64,000 nucleotides of DNA from Parahaliea sp. (GCA_047974765.1 JBKECP010000027.1:1-64000), one strand, 5' to 3'. Positions 18,819 through 28,946 are shown, numbered from the stretch's first letter. The notes: generated from the letters alone by a model not told the origin. Program-made: numbers and translations.

Positions 18819-19823
18819 CGTCACCTGCCAGTCATCACGGCCCAGTTCCTCGCAGCTGATCCGACCCGCTGCAAACTGCTGTATCACCTCGATATTGGTC
18901 AGCAGGTGCTGGCTGGGGCGCAGCGTTCTGAAGCGGCCGCCTTTGGCCAGCAGCAGCGGCAGAATCAGCTGGTCGGCCAGGTGCTCGCCCACCGGTACGC
19001 CGGCCTTCAGGTAGCGCCGCAAATCCTGGATGGCTCGGCCTGCCACCCGTTCGGCGCTCAGCCCCTTCTCCCCTACCACCTCAAACACTTCGGTCAGGGT
19101 ATCACTGCCGAACCTGATCGACAGAATATTGCCGGGGCCCATCGAGTGAACCGTGCGCGCCCGCAATGACTCTTGTGGCCACTGACACTTCTTGTGTACA
19201 TGGGCCAGCTCCCGTTCATTTACATGTTCCGGGATATTGGCGGAAGTCGCCAGCGCCAGGCCGTTTTTCTGCTCGCCTCGTGCAAGCAGTGTCAGCGGCC
19301 GGCTGGCAGCCAGTGGCGAGATTTTTGCCCGCCAGCGGCCACCGCCCGCAGGGTAGAAGCCAACGTGTTCCAGCTCGCTTTCGACCTCAGCGCCAATGGT
19401 CACCAGTACCGGCAGAAAACACTGCTCGATAAAGTCATAGCTCGGTGCCATGCCGTTATGGGTGCCACCTTCGAAGGTGATGTTGCTGACTGCATCAGCC
19501 AGTAGCAGTGGCGGAAGCACGGTCTGGAATACCAGCGTAGTGCTGCCGGCGGAGCCAATGGCGAAGTGGAAGTCACCGGCCACTACCGGGCCGGGCTTGA
19601 AGGTCACTTCGCTGGCACCCAGTTCGGCACCCTTGACCTGCGCATTACAGATGGCTTGCGCCGCCTTGACGCAGGTCAGGTGCTGGCGCAGCAGGCCGGG
19701 GCGTTGGCGGCCGGCGCGAATGTTGCTGATGCGCACGCTCTTGCCCAGGCAGGCTGCCAGGCTGAGGCTGGTGCGCAGAATCTGGCCACCGCCCTCCCCT
19801 TGTGATCCATCAATCTCAATCAT
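18801..19823 (-). CDS. rtcA: RNA 3'-terminal phosphate cyclase
   Basis: MIEIDGSQGEGGGQILRTSLSLAA... gives a 340-aa protein. A strong GGGAGGAAAC ribosome-binding site precedes the ATG at 19823. Confidence 0.9.
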   Translation of the reverse strand: MIEIDGSQGEGGGQILRTSLSLAACLGKSVRISNIRAGRQRPGLLRQHLTCVKAAQAICNAQVKGAELGASEVTFKPGPVVAGDFHFAIGSAGSTTLVFQTVLPPLLLADAVSNITFEGGTHNGMAPSYDFIEQCFLPVLVTIGAEVESELEHVGFYPAGGGRWRAKISPLAASRPLTLLARGEQKNGLALATSANIPEHVNERELAHVHKKCQWPQESLRARTVHSMGPGNILSIRFGSDTLTEVFEVVGEKGLSAERVAGRAIQDLRRYLKAGVPVGEHLADQLILPLLLAKGGRFRTLRPSQHLLTNIEVIQQFAAGRISCEELGRDDWQVTVAAIY

Positions 19824-19919
19824 GTTTCCTCCCTTGATCCCTGTCCGCCCTTTCCTGTTGCTCTTTGGTACTGTGCTACCGAAGGCCAGTGTCCTCACAA
19901 TATACCGAGGTTCACCTTT

Positions 19920-21146
19920 TTAACCCTTCACACACACAACCTGTTTCAGCGTATACACGATTTCCACCAGGTCCTGCTGCGCTGCCATCACCTTTTCTAT
20001 CGGCTTGTAAGCAGAAGGGGTTTCATCGATCACGCCCTCGTCTTTACGGCATTCCACATCGGCGGTTGCCTGCCGGTGCTCTTCCAGAGACACCAGTTTT
20101 TTCGCTTTGGTGCGCGACATAACCCGCCCCGCGCCGTGGCTGCAGCTGCAGAAGCTCTCTTCGTTACCGAGCCCGCGGACGATGAAGGAACGCGCCCCCA
20201 TGCTGCCGGGGATGATGCCCATCTCGCCCTGGCGGGCCCGCACCGCACCTTTACGGGTAACCAGCACATTTTTGCCGTAGTGCTGTTCTCGTGAAACGTA
20301 GTTGTGGTGGCAGTTTACGGCTTCCACCCGCGCTTCAAACTCCCTGGCCAGTGCATCCCTGGTGGCCTGTATAACCCGGGCCATCATCACCTCGCGGTTG
20401 ATGCGGGCGAAGTTCTGCGCCCACTCCACGGCTTCGATGTATTCATCGAAGTGCTCGGTGCCTTCCGGCAAATAAGCCAGGTCGCTATCCGGCAAGCGGA
20501 TATGCCAGTGTTCCATATCTTTTTTGGCCGTCTCGATAAAGTGTGTACCGATCCGGTTGCCCACGCCGCGTGAGCCGCTGTGCAACATCAGCCAGACGCT
20601 GCCCTGTTCATCCAGGCACATTTCGATGAAATGGTTGCCTGTTCCCAGAGTACCGAGATGGTTGATGTTGTTGGTGTTTTTAAGCACGCGGTGCTTGTCT
20701 TTCAACATATCAAACTGCATCGACAGAGGTGCCCAGGCCTGCATTACATCGCTGGGAATATCATTCCAGGCGCCTTTATCGCGGCCCCCCCGGGCTCGGG
20801 CGGAACGGCCATGAGGCACCGCCCGCTCGATCGCAGAGCGCACGCCGGCCAGGTTGTCCGGCAGCTGGTCAGCCTGCAGGCTGGTGCGTACGGCCATCAT
20901 GCCGCAGCCGATATCCACACCTACAGCGGCCGGGATCACTGCACCCAGGGTCGGCACTACGCTGCCGATAGTGGCGCCTTTGCCCAGGTGAACATCCGGC
21001 ATGGCCGCTACCCACTGGTGGATAAATGGCATGCGTGAAATGTTCTTCAGCTGTTCTTTGGCCTCGTCCTCGAAGGGCACGCCTACGGTCCAGGATTTAA
21101 TCGGTACGCCACCTGCCTGCATCACTTCGTAAGATTGTCCGCTCAT
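19920..21146 (-). CDS. rtcB: RNA-splicing ligase RtcB (3'-phosphate/5'-OH RNA ligase)
   Basis: The 408-aa protein is colinear with E. coli RtcB (MSGQSYEVMQAGGVPIKSWT...HSGSRGVGNRIGT...CHHNYV). Confidence 0.95.
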   Translation of the reverse strand: MSGQSYEVMQAGGVPIKSWTVGVPFEDEAKEQLKNISRMPFIHQWVAAMPDVHLGKGATIGSVVPTLGAVIPAAVGVDIGCGMMAVRTSLQADQLPDNLAGVRSAIERAVPHGRSARARGGRDKGAWNDIPSDVMQAWAPLSMQFDMLKDKHRVLKNTNNINHLGTLGTGNHFIEMCLDEQGSVWLMLHSGSRGVGNRIGTHFIETAKKDMEHWHIRLPDSDLAYLPEGTEHFDEYIEAVEWAQNFARINREVMMARVIQATRDALAREFEARVEAVNCHHNYVSREQHYGKNVLVTRKGAVRARQGEMGIIPGSMGARSFIVRGLGNEESFCSCSHGAGRVMSRTKAKKLVSLEEHRQATADVECRKDEGVIDETPSAYKPIEKVMAAQQDLVEIVYTLKQVVCVKG

Positions 21147-21194
21147 GGTTCTGGTCCTGTATTCAGTCTCTGATTTGCTTACGATGGTATGTAT

Positions 21195-21210
21195 AGCGAG
21201 ATTGATGCCA
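21195..21210 (-). promoter_or_regulatory. Candidate sigma54 (-24/-12) promoter for rtcBA
   Basis: The minus strand reads TGGCAT-CAATC-TCGCT, against the consensus TGGCAC-N5-TTGCW. It lies about 50 nt upstream of the rtcB ATG in the AT-rich divergent region shared with rtcR. Confidence 0.35.
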
Positions 21211-21356
21211 ACTTTGCCATTTTTATAAAAATTATTTTTAAACCATTGTTTTTAATATATTTATTTTTTATTTTTCGATTGCGACCTGGAGTGGCCTAAA
21301 TTATCAGAATAATATTTTCTATCCATTAAGATATATTTCTATTATATTCGATAGTT

Positions 21357-22991
21357 ATGAAGACAATTGCTATCTCTATTCTCGGCACCACCATCGACCG
21401 GCGCGGTAAAGGCGACAAGCGCTGGGACAAGTGGCGCCCTACCATCTCCATGTGCCAGCACGATGACCTGCTGATTGATCGCCTGGAGTTGCTGTTTGAT
21501 GAAGGCGTCCAGCCACTGGCGAATCAGGTAACAGAGGATATTGCTCGCATCTCCCCGGAAACCGAGGTGATCCATCACCATGTCAACTTCAAAGACCCCT
21601 GGGACTTCGAAAGTGTTTACAGTGAATTGCTGGACTTTGCCCGCGCCTATCGCTTTGAGCGGGAGAGTGAAAACTACCTGATCCACATTACCACCGGTAC
21701 CCACGTGGCTCAGATTTGCCTCTACCTGCTGACCGAGGCCGGCTACCTGCCGGGCAAGTTGTTACAGACCTCCCCTGCCCGCCGTCGCAGCAACAGCCCG
21801 GGTGAGTACCAGATGATCGACCTGGATCTGTCCCGCTACGACCAGATTGCCTCCCGCTTTCAAAAGGAGCACCAGGAAGGCACGACTTACCTGAAAGGCG
21901 GCATTCAGACCAGCAATCATGCCTTTAACCTGATGATCGAGCAGCTGGAAAAGGTCTCTGTCCGTTCCGAGGAGCCCATTTTGCTGACCGGGCCGACCGG
22001 CGCCGGTAAAAGCCAACTGGCCCAGCGGGTTTACAAATTGCGCAAACAGCGCGGCAAGCTGGACGGACGGCTGGTGGCCGTCAACTGTGCAACCCTGCGC
22101 GGTGAGAACGCCATGTCGGCCCTGTTCGGCCACAAAAAAGGCGCTTTTACCGGCGCTACCAGCGATCGCCCCGGTCTGCTTAAAGAAGCTGACAACGGCC
22201 TGTTATTTCTCGATGAAGTCGGTGAGCTGGGCCTCGACGAGCAGGCCATGCTGCTGCGCGCCATTGAAGACAAGCGCTTTATGCCCTTTGGCGCAGACAG
22301 GGAAATCAGCAGTAATTTCCAGCTGATAGCAGGCACCAATAAAGACCTGGCCCAGCAGTCAAAAAAAGGGCTTTTCCGGGAGGATCTGCTGGCGCGGATC
22401 AATCTCTGGACCTACAAACTGCCCTCCCTGCGGCAGCGCCCGGAGGATCTGGAACCGAATATTGACTATGAGCTGGAATCCTTTGCCGGCAAGTCCGGTC
22501 AACTGATCCGCTTTAATAAAGCGGCGCGGGCGCGTTACCTGAGCTTCAGCCAGTCACCAGAAGCTCTGTGGAGTGCCAATTTCAGAGATCTCAATGCCAG
22601 CATTACCCGTATGGCAACGCTTGCCGACAGTGGCCGAATTACTATAGACCAGGTGGATGAAGAAATTGATCGTCTGCGACACAAGTGGCGGCCCGACACG
22701 GATTCAGCCCCGGATGCAAACACTCTGATCCTGCAAGGTATCCTGCTGCCTGCACAGCTGGCTGAGCTGGATCTTTATGAGCAGATTATTCTGGCCGGTC
22801 TTGTCGATGTCTGCAAGAATGCAAGATCTATGGCCGAAGCGGGCAGGAAACTTTTTAATGTCAGTCGTATATCCAGGCACTCATCCAATGACAGTCACCG
22901 GCTAAAACAAATGTTGAACAAATACGGTCTGTCATTTAGCGATATTCATGACTTTGTTGCGGCCAAAAAGACCGTATCCAGTATTCAGTAA
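21357..22991 (+). CDS. rtcR: Sigma54-dependent transcriptional activator RtcR (CARF-like sensor, AAA+ and HTH domains)
   Basis: The gene is divergent from rtcBA. It carries Walker A (GPTGAGKS), the GAFTGA sigma54-contact motif (GHKKGAFTGA) and a C-terminal HTH. Confidence 0.9.
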   Translation: MKTIAISILGTTIDRRGKGDKRWDKWRPTISMCQHDDLLIDRLELLFDEGVQPLANQVTEDIARISPETEVIHHHVNFKDPWDFESVYSELLDFARAYRFERESENYLIHITTGTHVAQICLYLLTEAGYLPGKLLQTSPARRRSNSPGEYQMIDLDLSRYDQIASRFQKEHQEGTTYLKGGIQTSNHAFNLMIEQLEKVSVRSEEPILLTGPTGAGKSQLAQRVYKLRKQRGKLDGRLVAVNCATLRGENAMSALFGHKKGAFTGATSDRPGLLKEADNGLLFLDEVGELGLDEQAMLLRAIEDKRFMPFGADREISSNFQLIAGTNKDLAQQSKKGLFREDLLARINLWTYKLPSLRQRPEDLEPNIDYELESFAGKSGQLIRFNKAARARYLSFSQSPEALWSANFRDLNASITRMATLADSGRITIDQVDEEIDRLRHKWRPDTDSAPDANTLILQGILLPAQLAELDLYEQIILAGLVDVCKNARSMAEAGRKLFNVSRISRHSSNDSHRLKQMLNKYGLSFSDIHDFVAAKKTVSSIQ

Positions 22992-23026
22992 TACCCTTGT
23001 AGCCTGTCAGGCTGGGGTATTTTTTG
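22992..23026 (+). terminator. Rho-independent terminator after rtcR
   Basis: TACCCttgtAGCCTGtcAGGCTGGGGTA is followed by TTTTTTG. Confidence 0.55.
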
Positions 23027-23214
23027 CCTGCTCCCGCTTGCTTTTATTGGGCCTGCTGACGCAGATAAACAATTTAATGGCGCCAGATTACAAATATTGA
23101 TGTGTTATTGTCACTAGTCTATGGTTAGCGACTGCTGTTTTTTTACAAATTTTAGAAACCGTGATGTGTCTCGACCATCGCAGATGATAACAATACAATA
23201 CAGGACGTAGGTCA

Positions 23215-25377
23215 ATGCATTGCGTATCTTCCACTACCGCTTTATTTGCCGTCCGGCTGTTATGTTTGGTGCTGCTCAGTGGTGCCGGTTCAGCTATTAC
23301 AACAGCCTCTGGAGAAACCCGGGCAACCCCCTCCCCTGTTACCGATCAACGCCTGGTCAACGCCATCCATGACGATGCCAACTGGCTGTCTTATGGCAAG
23401 GACTACAGCGATCAGCGTTACAGCCGCCTAAACAGTATTAATGCCGAAAATATAGCTGAACTGGGGCTTGCCTGGTCTAAGGATATTCATAGCCCCTATG
23501 CCGTTGAAGCCACGCCACTGGTTATTGATGGCGTTATGTATGCGGCTCTGCCAGGCAATGTGGTCTGGGCGCTGGATGCCAAAACCGGTCAGCATTTATG
23601 GGAGTTCAAACCACAGCTCGATCTGACTTATGGCCGTGTCATGTGCTGCGGACAGGTCACTCGCGGTTTGGCTGCCTGGGGAGATAATATTTATATCGCC
23701 ACCATTGATGGGCAGCTGATAGCGGTTAATCGTCACAGCGGCAAACAGGTGTGGCAGGTGCAAACGGCGTCAATGAAAGATGGCTATACCATTACGGCAG
23801 CGCCGAGGGCGCTCAAGGGTATGATTGTCGTGGGTAATGGTGGCGGTGAATTTCGGGCCCGAGGGTATGTTACTGCTTACGATGCAGCAACCGGTAAGCA
23901 AAAATGGCGCTTTTATACGGTTCCGGGCAACCCAGCTGACGGCTTTGAAAATGAAGCTATGGCAATAGCGGCAAAAACCTGGACCGGTCAGTGGTGGCAG
24001 CACGGCGGCGGCGGCAATGTCTGGGACTCCATGGCTTATGATCCACAGCTTGATCTGCTTTATCTCGGTGTTGGCAACGGCGGCCCCAATAATGCCAAGT
24101 TACGCAGCCCCGAAGGTGGTGACAATCTCTTTCTTGCCTCAATTGTTGCCCTGGACCCGGATGACGGCAGTTATGTCTGGCACTTTCAGTTGAACCCGGC
24201 GGAAACCTGGGACTATACCGCAACGCAGCAAATGAGCCTGGTTGATATGAAAATCAATGGCAAACTGCGTAAGGTAATTCTGCAAGCGCCCAAAAACGGC
24301 TTTTTCTACGTTATTGATCGTGAGAGCGGTGAATTTCTTTCAGCGGGGAAGTATGCGCCGCTGAACTGGGCAACGCACATTGATCAGCAAACAGGCAAAC
24401 CGGTAGAGACACCCTGGGCCCGTTTTTATGAAACAGATCAGGCCGTACATATTGTGCCGGGTATTCAGGGAGCGCACAGCTGGCAATCCATGTCTTACAG
24501 CCAGGATACCGGGCTGGTATATATTCCTGTACATCACTACGGCATGGTGCATAAGGCTTATACCGCCGAAAAAACCCGTCGGCAGGTTTATACTTCCGGT
24601 ATTGATCATCTGCAAATGCGTATTCCCGACGACAAACAAACAGTAGAGGCGCTGCGCCAGCAGCATAGCGGTGAGCTGATTGCCTGGGATCCACAGCAAC
24701 AAAAACCGGCCTGGTCTGTGCGTTATGATCACCCCTGGAATGGTGGTGTACTGTCAACGGCGGGCAATCTGGTTTTTCAGGGTACGGCTGCAACCGAGTT
24801 CATTGCCTATGCTGCAGACAGCGGTAAAAAACTCTGGTCCTACGCCACGCAAAGCAGCACCGTCGCGGCGCCAATCAGCTATGCCGTAGACGATGAGCAA
24901 TATATCGCCGTTATGACCGGTTGGGGCGGTTCATTCTCCAACGGTCTGGGTGGTGTTATACCCGCACAGGGCAAGGCAAATGCCGGTCAGATACTGGTCT
25001 TTAAACTGGGAGGCAAGGCTACTGCCACGATATTCCCGGAGGCTGCACCTGTTAAACCATCGGTGCCTGCTGATACCAGCAGCACACAGGATGTTATCGC
25101 CAAAGGAGAGGAAATGTACTACCTCCTTTGCCTGCCCTGCCACGGTGAGGGCGCAGTGGCGGGTCTGAATTTCCCGGACTTGCGCCACAGTGGCTTTATT
25201 CATACACAAGAAGCCTTTGATGCTGTTGTATTACAGGGTGCTCTGGCTGACAAAGGGATGTCCAGCTTCAGTGACAAACTGTCGGCGCAGGAGTCTATCG
25301 CCCTGCGCAACTATCTTATCCGTCGTGCCAACACGAAAACAGCCAAGGATTCCATAACCACGGAGCCTCATCAATGA
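23215..25377 (+). CDS. Quinohemoprotein (type II) PQQ-dependent alcohol dehydrogenase with a C-terminal cytochrome c domain
   Basis: Signal peptide, eight-bladed PQQ propeller motifs (..WxxDxxTG..), the disulfide pair and a C-terminal CLPCH heme-c motif. Confidence 0.85.
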   Translation: MHCVSSTTALFAVRLLCLVLLSGAGSAITTASGETRATPSPVTDQRLVNAIHDDANWLSYGKDYSDQRYSRLNSINAENIAELGLAWSKDIHSPYAVEATPLVIDGVMYAALPGNVVWALDAKTGQHLWEFKPQLDLTYGRVMCCGQVTRGLAAWGDNIYIATIDGQLIAVNRHSGKQVWQVQTASMKDGYTITAAPRALKGMIVVGNGGGEFRARGYVTAYDAATGKQKWRFYTVPGNPADGFENEAMAIAAKTWTGQWWQHGGGGNVWDSMAYDPQLDLLYLGVGNGGPNNAKLRSPEGGDNLFLASIVALDPDDGSYVWHFQLNPAETWDYTATQQMSLVDMKINGKLRKVILQAPKNGFFYVIDRESGEFLSAGKYAPLNWATHIDQQTGKPVETPWARFYETDQAVHIVPGIQGAHSWQSMSYSQDTGLVYIPVHHYGMVHKAYTAEKTRRQVYTSGIDHLQMRIPDDKQTVEALRQQHSGELIAWDPQQQKPAWSVRYDHPWNGGVLSTAGNLVFQGTAATEFIAYAADSGKKLWSYATQSSTVAAPISYAVDDEQYIAVMTGWGGSFSNGLGGVIPAQGKANAGQILVFKLGGKATATIFPEAAPVKPSVPADTSSTQDVIAKGEEMYYLLCLPCHGEGAVAGLNFPDLRHSGFIHTQEAFDAVVLQGALADKGMSSFSDKLSAQESIALRNYLIRRANTKTAKDSITTEPHQ

Positions 25378-26696
25378 CACCGATACAAGATAAAAAACTG
25401 CTTTTCCAACCTATTCGTATTGGTAATGTCGAGATTGCCGGGCGTTTCGCCAAGGCAGCCTATACCGAAACCATGTGTACAGAAGATGGTTTTGTTACCG
25501 ATTTGCTGGTTGATCACTATGAGGAAATTGCCCGTGGTGGTACCCCTTTACTGATTACCGGCGCGATCTATTTCAATCAATATTCGCAGGGAATGAAACG
25601 TGGCCTGGCTATTGATGATGACAACAAGATTGAGGGTCTGCGCCGCCTGACCAGTAGTGTGCAGAAGTACGGTTCAAAAATATTTGCCCAGATTTATCAT
25701 GTTGGCCGTCAGGCGGCCCCTCAAAATGTTGATCGCACGGATGCACAGGCACCTTCAGCACGACGTGATCTGACCGTAGGCTGTAGTCCTCGCGCCATGA
25801 CCATAGAGGAAATTCAGGAAACTGTGCGTTTGTTTGGTGAGGCGGCCGGACGAGCCAAGCGGGCGGGTTTTGATGGCGTGGAGCTGCATGCAGCTCACGG
25901 TTATTTGATTAGCTCTTTTTTAACGCCACACACCAACCGGCGCAAGGATGAATACGGCGGTTCTTTCTATAACCGGTTGCGTTTTCTGGTGGAAACCTAT
26001 CGCGCCATGCGCGATGCCGTGGGCGATGATTTTCCAATTATCATGAAACTCAACGGCCACGATGATCTGCCCCTGCGAAAAGGACTTAATACGGATGATT
26101 TTGTCCGTATTGCACTGCATATGCAGGCAGAAGGTATAGACGGTGTGGAGATATCCTGTGGGCATTATGAATCTGGCGTTACCTCTGATCGTGGTTACTG
26201 GAAGGGTTTTTTTATCACAATGATCACTGACGGTCCGGGTAAAAACTGGCCCGCTAGCCAGCGTTTGTTTATTCGTTTGTTTTCACCGCTGCTGGAATGG
26301 TTTCATAATCATTTCTCAGGCTTTCGTAATGCTTTCAATCTGCCTTATGCCCGCGCCTTTAAAGAAGCGCTGGATATTCCCGTTATCTGTGTTGGAGGTT
26401 TTGGTGATCAAAGCGTTATAGAGGATGCTTTGGAATCGGGCGGTTGTGACATGGTTTCTGCTGCACGCCCCATTATTGCCGACCCTCATATGTACAAGCA
26501 TATGCAGGCCGGTGTTGCCGGTCCGCGCTGTGATTTTTGTTTGGGCTGCCTGGCGCGCTCCGGTGCCATGCCCGCTGATTGTTATAACCCGCGAGTAAAG
26601 GCAGAAAAAGATCGTATGCTTAAAGCAGAAGCAGCAAATGGACAACATGAAATACCTGGTGTCAGCGATGCCGGACAGGTAACTTCAGGTGCCTGA
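25374..26696 (+). CDS. Old-Yellow-Enzyme family NADH:flavin oxidoreductase (2,4-dienoyl-CoA-reductase-like N-domain)
   Basis: FMN-binding TIM-barrel motifs (..GVELHAAHGYLISSFLTP..RRKDEYGGS..). The ATGA start overlaps the ADH stop. Confidence 0.8.
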   Translation: MTPIQDKKLLFQPIRIGNVEIAGRFAKAAYTETMCTEDGFVTDLLVDHYEEIARGGTPLLITGAIYFNQYSQGMKRGLAIDDDNKIEGLRRLTSSVQKYGSKIFAQIYHVGRQAAPQNVDRTDAQAPSARRDLTVGCSPRAMTIEEIQETVRLFGEAAGRAKRAGFDGVELHAAHGYLISSFLTPHTNRRKDEYGGSFYNRLRFLVETYRAMRDAVGDDFPIIMKLNGHDDLPLRKGLNTDDFVRIALHMQAEGIDGVEISCGHYESGVTSDRGYWKGFFITMITDGPGKNWPASQRLFIRLFSPLLEWFHNHFSGFRNAFNLPYARAFKEALDIPVICVGGFGDQSVIEDALESGGCDMVSAARPIIADPHMYKHMQAGVAGPRCDFCLGCLARSGAMPADCYNPRVKAEKDRMLKAEAANGQHEIPGVSDAGQVTSGA

Positions 26697-26739
26697 ACTT
26701 TCACACTGAAAGCGGATATTTAAAAATCGGGCTAACAAA

Positions 26740-28005
26740 GTGAATATAACTATGGATACTACACGCCAAGCCAAAACACTCGCCATATTGGGTACGCTTG
26801 ATACCCGTGGGGATGAGGTGGCCTTTATTAAATTACAGCTTGAAGCGCGCGGTCATCGTGCCATTGTCATTGATATGGGGGTCATGGCTGAACCCATGAG
26901 CGGTGATGGTGATTATTCACGCCAGATGGTGGCACAAGCCGGAGGTGCGTCACTGGCCGATTTGATGGCAGCGGCAGAAGCTGGTGCCGAACGTGGTGCT
27001 GCCACTGAGGTGATGATTGCGGGTGCCCGGCAGATCATTACACAGCTGCTTGCCAGGGGGGAGTTACAGGGAATTATAGGCTTGGGTGGCTCTACCGCCG
27101 CAGCCAGTGGTGCGGCCGTTATGAGCGGATTGCCAGTGGGACTGCCCAAATTATTGCTGACAACATTTCAGCGTCTGGCACCCATTGGCGATGAGGATAT
27201 TGTGGTAATGCAGTCGCCTGCTGATCTGGTGGGTATGAATGCAATTATTGCAAAAACCCTGAGCAATGCTGCCGGTGCTCTGGCGGGAATGGCTGAGCAG
27301 ACTGCCCCGGCAAGCAGCCAGCGCCCTGTTGTTGGCATTACAGCTCTGGGTGTTACAACACCTGCTGTACAGCAGATTATTACCGGACTTGAAGCCAGGG
27401 GTTATGATGCCGTGGTATTTCATGCCACTACCGACAAGCTCGACACGCTGATAGCCGGTGGCGCTATTGCAGCCGTTATTGATCTCACCACTTTTGAAGC
27501 AACAGTTAAATTGTGTTACAGCGACGACCTGATCAAAGCGGCTACAGGTGTGGCACAGGTTGATCGCCATCGTTTACCCAGTCTGCAACGCCATCCCATT
27601 CCCCAGATTATTGCTCCGGGCGGTCTGGATATACATATTTTCCCCGGTGTTCAATCTGAAGCAGCCATTCCCGAGCCCTTCCGGGGGCGTGCTTTTGCCA
27701 CTCACGGCCCCAATGTAATGCTGGTGAGAACCAGTGAAGAAGAAATGCAGACAGTGGCAAAGGTGCTGGCCGCACGTGTGAATGAAGCACCCGGTCCGGT
27801 AGTGATGTTGATCCCTCAAGGTGGCTTTTCTGATGCCAGTCGTGCTGGCAGTGCCTTGTATTCGCCACAGACTGACCAGGTTTTTATCGATACATTCGAG
27901 CAATATCTCAATGACAGTAAGGCTGTGCAAAAGTTGGATTGTAATATCAACGATGCCCATTTTGCTGCTGCCGTGCTGGCAAGTTTCACCAAACTTTCAA
28001 CCTGA
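26740..28005 (+). CDS. UPF0261 (Tm-1-like ATP-binding) family protein
   Basis: The 421-aa protein is colinear with UPF0261/Tm-1-like proteins (..ILGTLDTRGDE..). It precedes its usual PEP-hydrolase-like partner. Confidence 0.7.
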   Translation: MNITMDTTRQAKTLAILGTLDTRGDEVAFIKLQLEARGHRAIVIDMGVMAEPMSGDGDYSRQMVAQAGGASLADLMAAAEAGAERGAATEVMIAGARQIITQLLARGELQGIIGLGGSTAAASGAAVMSGLPVGLPKLLLTTFQRLAPIGDEDIVVMQSPADLVGMNAIIAKTLSNAAGALAGMAEQTAPASSQRPVVGITALGVTTPAVQQIITGLEARGYDAVVFHATTDKLDTLIAGGAIAAVIDLTTFEATVKLCYSDDLIKAATGVAQVDRHRLPSLQRHPIPQIIAPGGLDIHIFPGVQSEAAIPEPFRGRAFATHGPNVMLVRTSEEEMQTVAKVLAARVNEAPGPVVMLIPQGGFSDASRAGSALYSPQTDQVFIDTFEQYLNDSKAVQKLDCNINDAHFAAAVLASFTKLST

Positions 28006-28015
28006 GGACACTAGT

Positions 28016-28885
28016 ATGCAAATCCAACGCCGGGATATTATCAACAGGCTGCGTGAACAACGTGCACAGGGCAAGGCGATTCTGGGTACAGGATGCAGTA
28101 ATGGTCTGATTGCCAAATGTGCCGAAATCGGGGGTACCGATCTGATTATTGTCTACAGTACCGGCAAGACCCGCATGATGGGTATTCCCACAACGATGAT
28201 CAATGGTGTCTCCAATGAAATCACTCTGGGCATGGTCGATGAACTGCGTAATGTCGTACACAACACACCCTTGATTGCCGGTATTGAGGCCAGTGATATT
28301 TACTGTCTGGACTTGGAAGAGAGTGTGCAACGCTTTATTGACAAGGGTTTTAATGGTGTTATCAATTTTCCGACGGTCGGTCTTACTGAAAATATCTGGG
28401 GTGGTGAAGACATGCTGGAAAGGAAAACCCGCTCAGCTTTGGCCGGAGGCTTTGGCCAGGCCAACTGGGGCTGGCAGCGGGAAGTGGAAATGATTCAGCT
28501 TCTGCGCAAAAAAGATATTTTTACCATGACCTATTGCGTATCCGTTAGTGATGCCCAGGATATGGCCGCTGCCGGTGCTGACATGATCTGCGCACATGCA
28601 GGCCCCAGTAAAGGCGGGTTGGCAGGTTGGGAAGTTGAGGAGCAATCCGAGGCGATGATGGCGCACTTCCAGAATATGATGAAGGCTGTTCGTGATATCA
28701 ACCCTGATATTTTCTTCCTGATTCACGGCGGCCCTTTTTACGACCCTGAATCCACTAACGTGATTTATCAAAAAACTGATGCAGAAGGTTTTGTGGCTGC
28801 TTCGGCAGTGGAGCGTATCCCCATTGAAAAAGCGATTACCGAAGTGTGCCGTGGTTTCAAACAGCACCGTACCCGGACTCCGTAA
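28016..28885 (+). CDS. Phosphoenolpyruvate-hydrolase-like TIM-barrel protein (PF09370-type)
   Basis: MQIQRRDIINRLREQRAQGKAILGTGCSNGLIAKCAEIGGTDLIIVYSTGKTRM...NFPTVGL... gives 289 aa from the ATG at 28016. A GAGGA ribosome-binding site precedes it. The upstream extension in the ORF track is rejected. Confidence 0.7.
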   Translation: MQIQRRDIINRLREQRAQGKAILGTGCSNGLIAKCAEIGGTDLIIVYSTGKTRMMGIPTTMINGVSNEITLGMVDELRNVVHNTPLIAGIEASDIYCLDLEESVQRFIDKGFNGVINFPTVGLTENIWGGEDMLERKTRSALAGGFGQANWGWQREVEMIQLLRKKDIFTMTYCVSVSDAQDMAAAGADMICAHAGPSKGGLAGWEVEEQSEAMMAHFQNMMKAVRDINPDIFFLIHGGPFYDPESTNVIYQKTDAEGFVAASAVERIPIEKAITEVCRGFKQHRTRTP

Positions 28886-28893
28886 CCTCTAGC

Positions 28894-28946
28894 CTGATAA
28901 AAAATCAGTCAACACTGATAGCGTGATATATCGGTATTGACTGATT
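28894..28946. promoter_or_regulatory. Overlapping palindromes after the PEP-hydrolase-like gene (CTGATAAAAAATCAG; AATCAGTCAA-N24-TTGACTGATT)
   Basis: Read directly from the sequence. A further hairpin GCCGGGTTTG-CTAT-CAAACCGGCG lies at 28979-29002, followed 11 nt later by TTTTTT. These are candidate terminator or operator structures. Confidence 0.3.

Noticed and set aside
20580-21038. 152-aa plus-strand ORF and other ORFs antisense to rtcB
   Set aside because: They lie antisense inside rtcB, which is colinear with E. coli RtcB over its full length.
21147-21356. A second TGGCA-containing sequence (TGGCAAAGTTGGCATC, minus strand) as the sigma54 -24/-12 element
   Set aside because: The spacing between GG and GC is wrong (10 nt where 12 is required). 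The adjacent TGGCAT-N5-TCGCT has correct spacing and is reported in its place.
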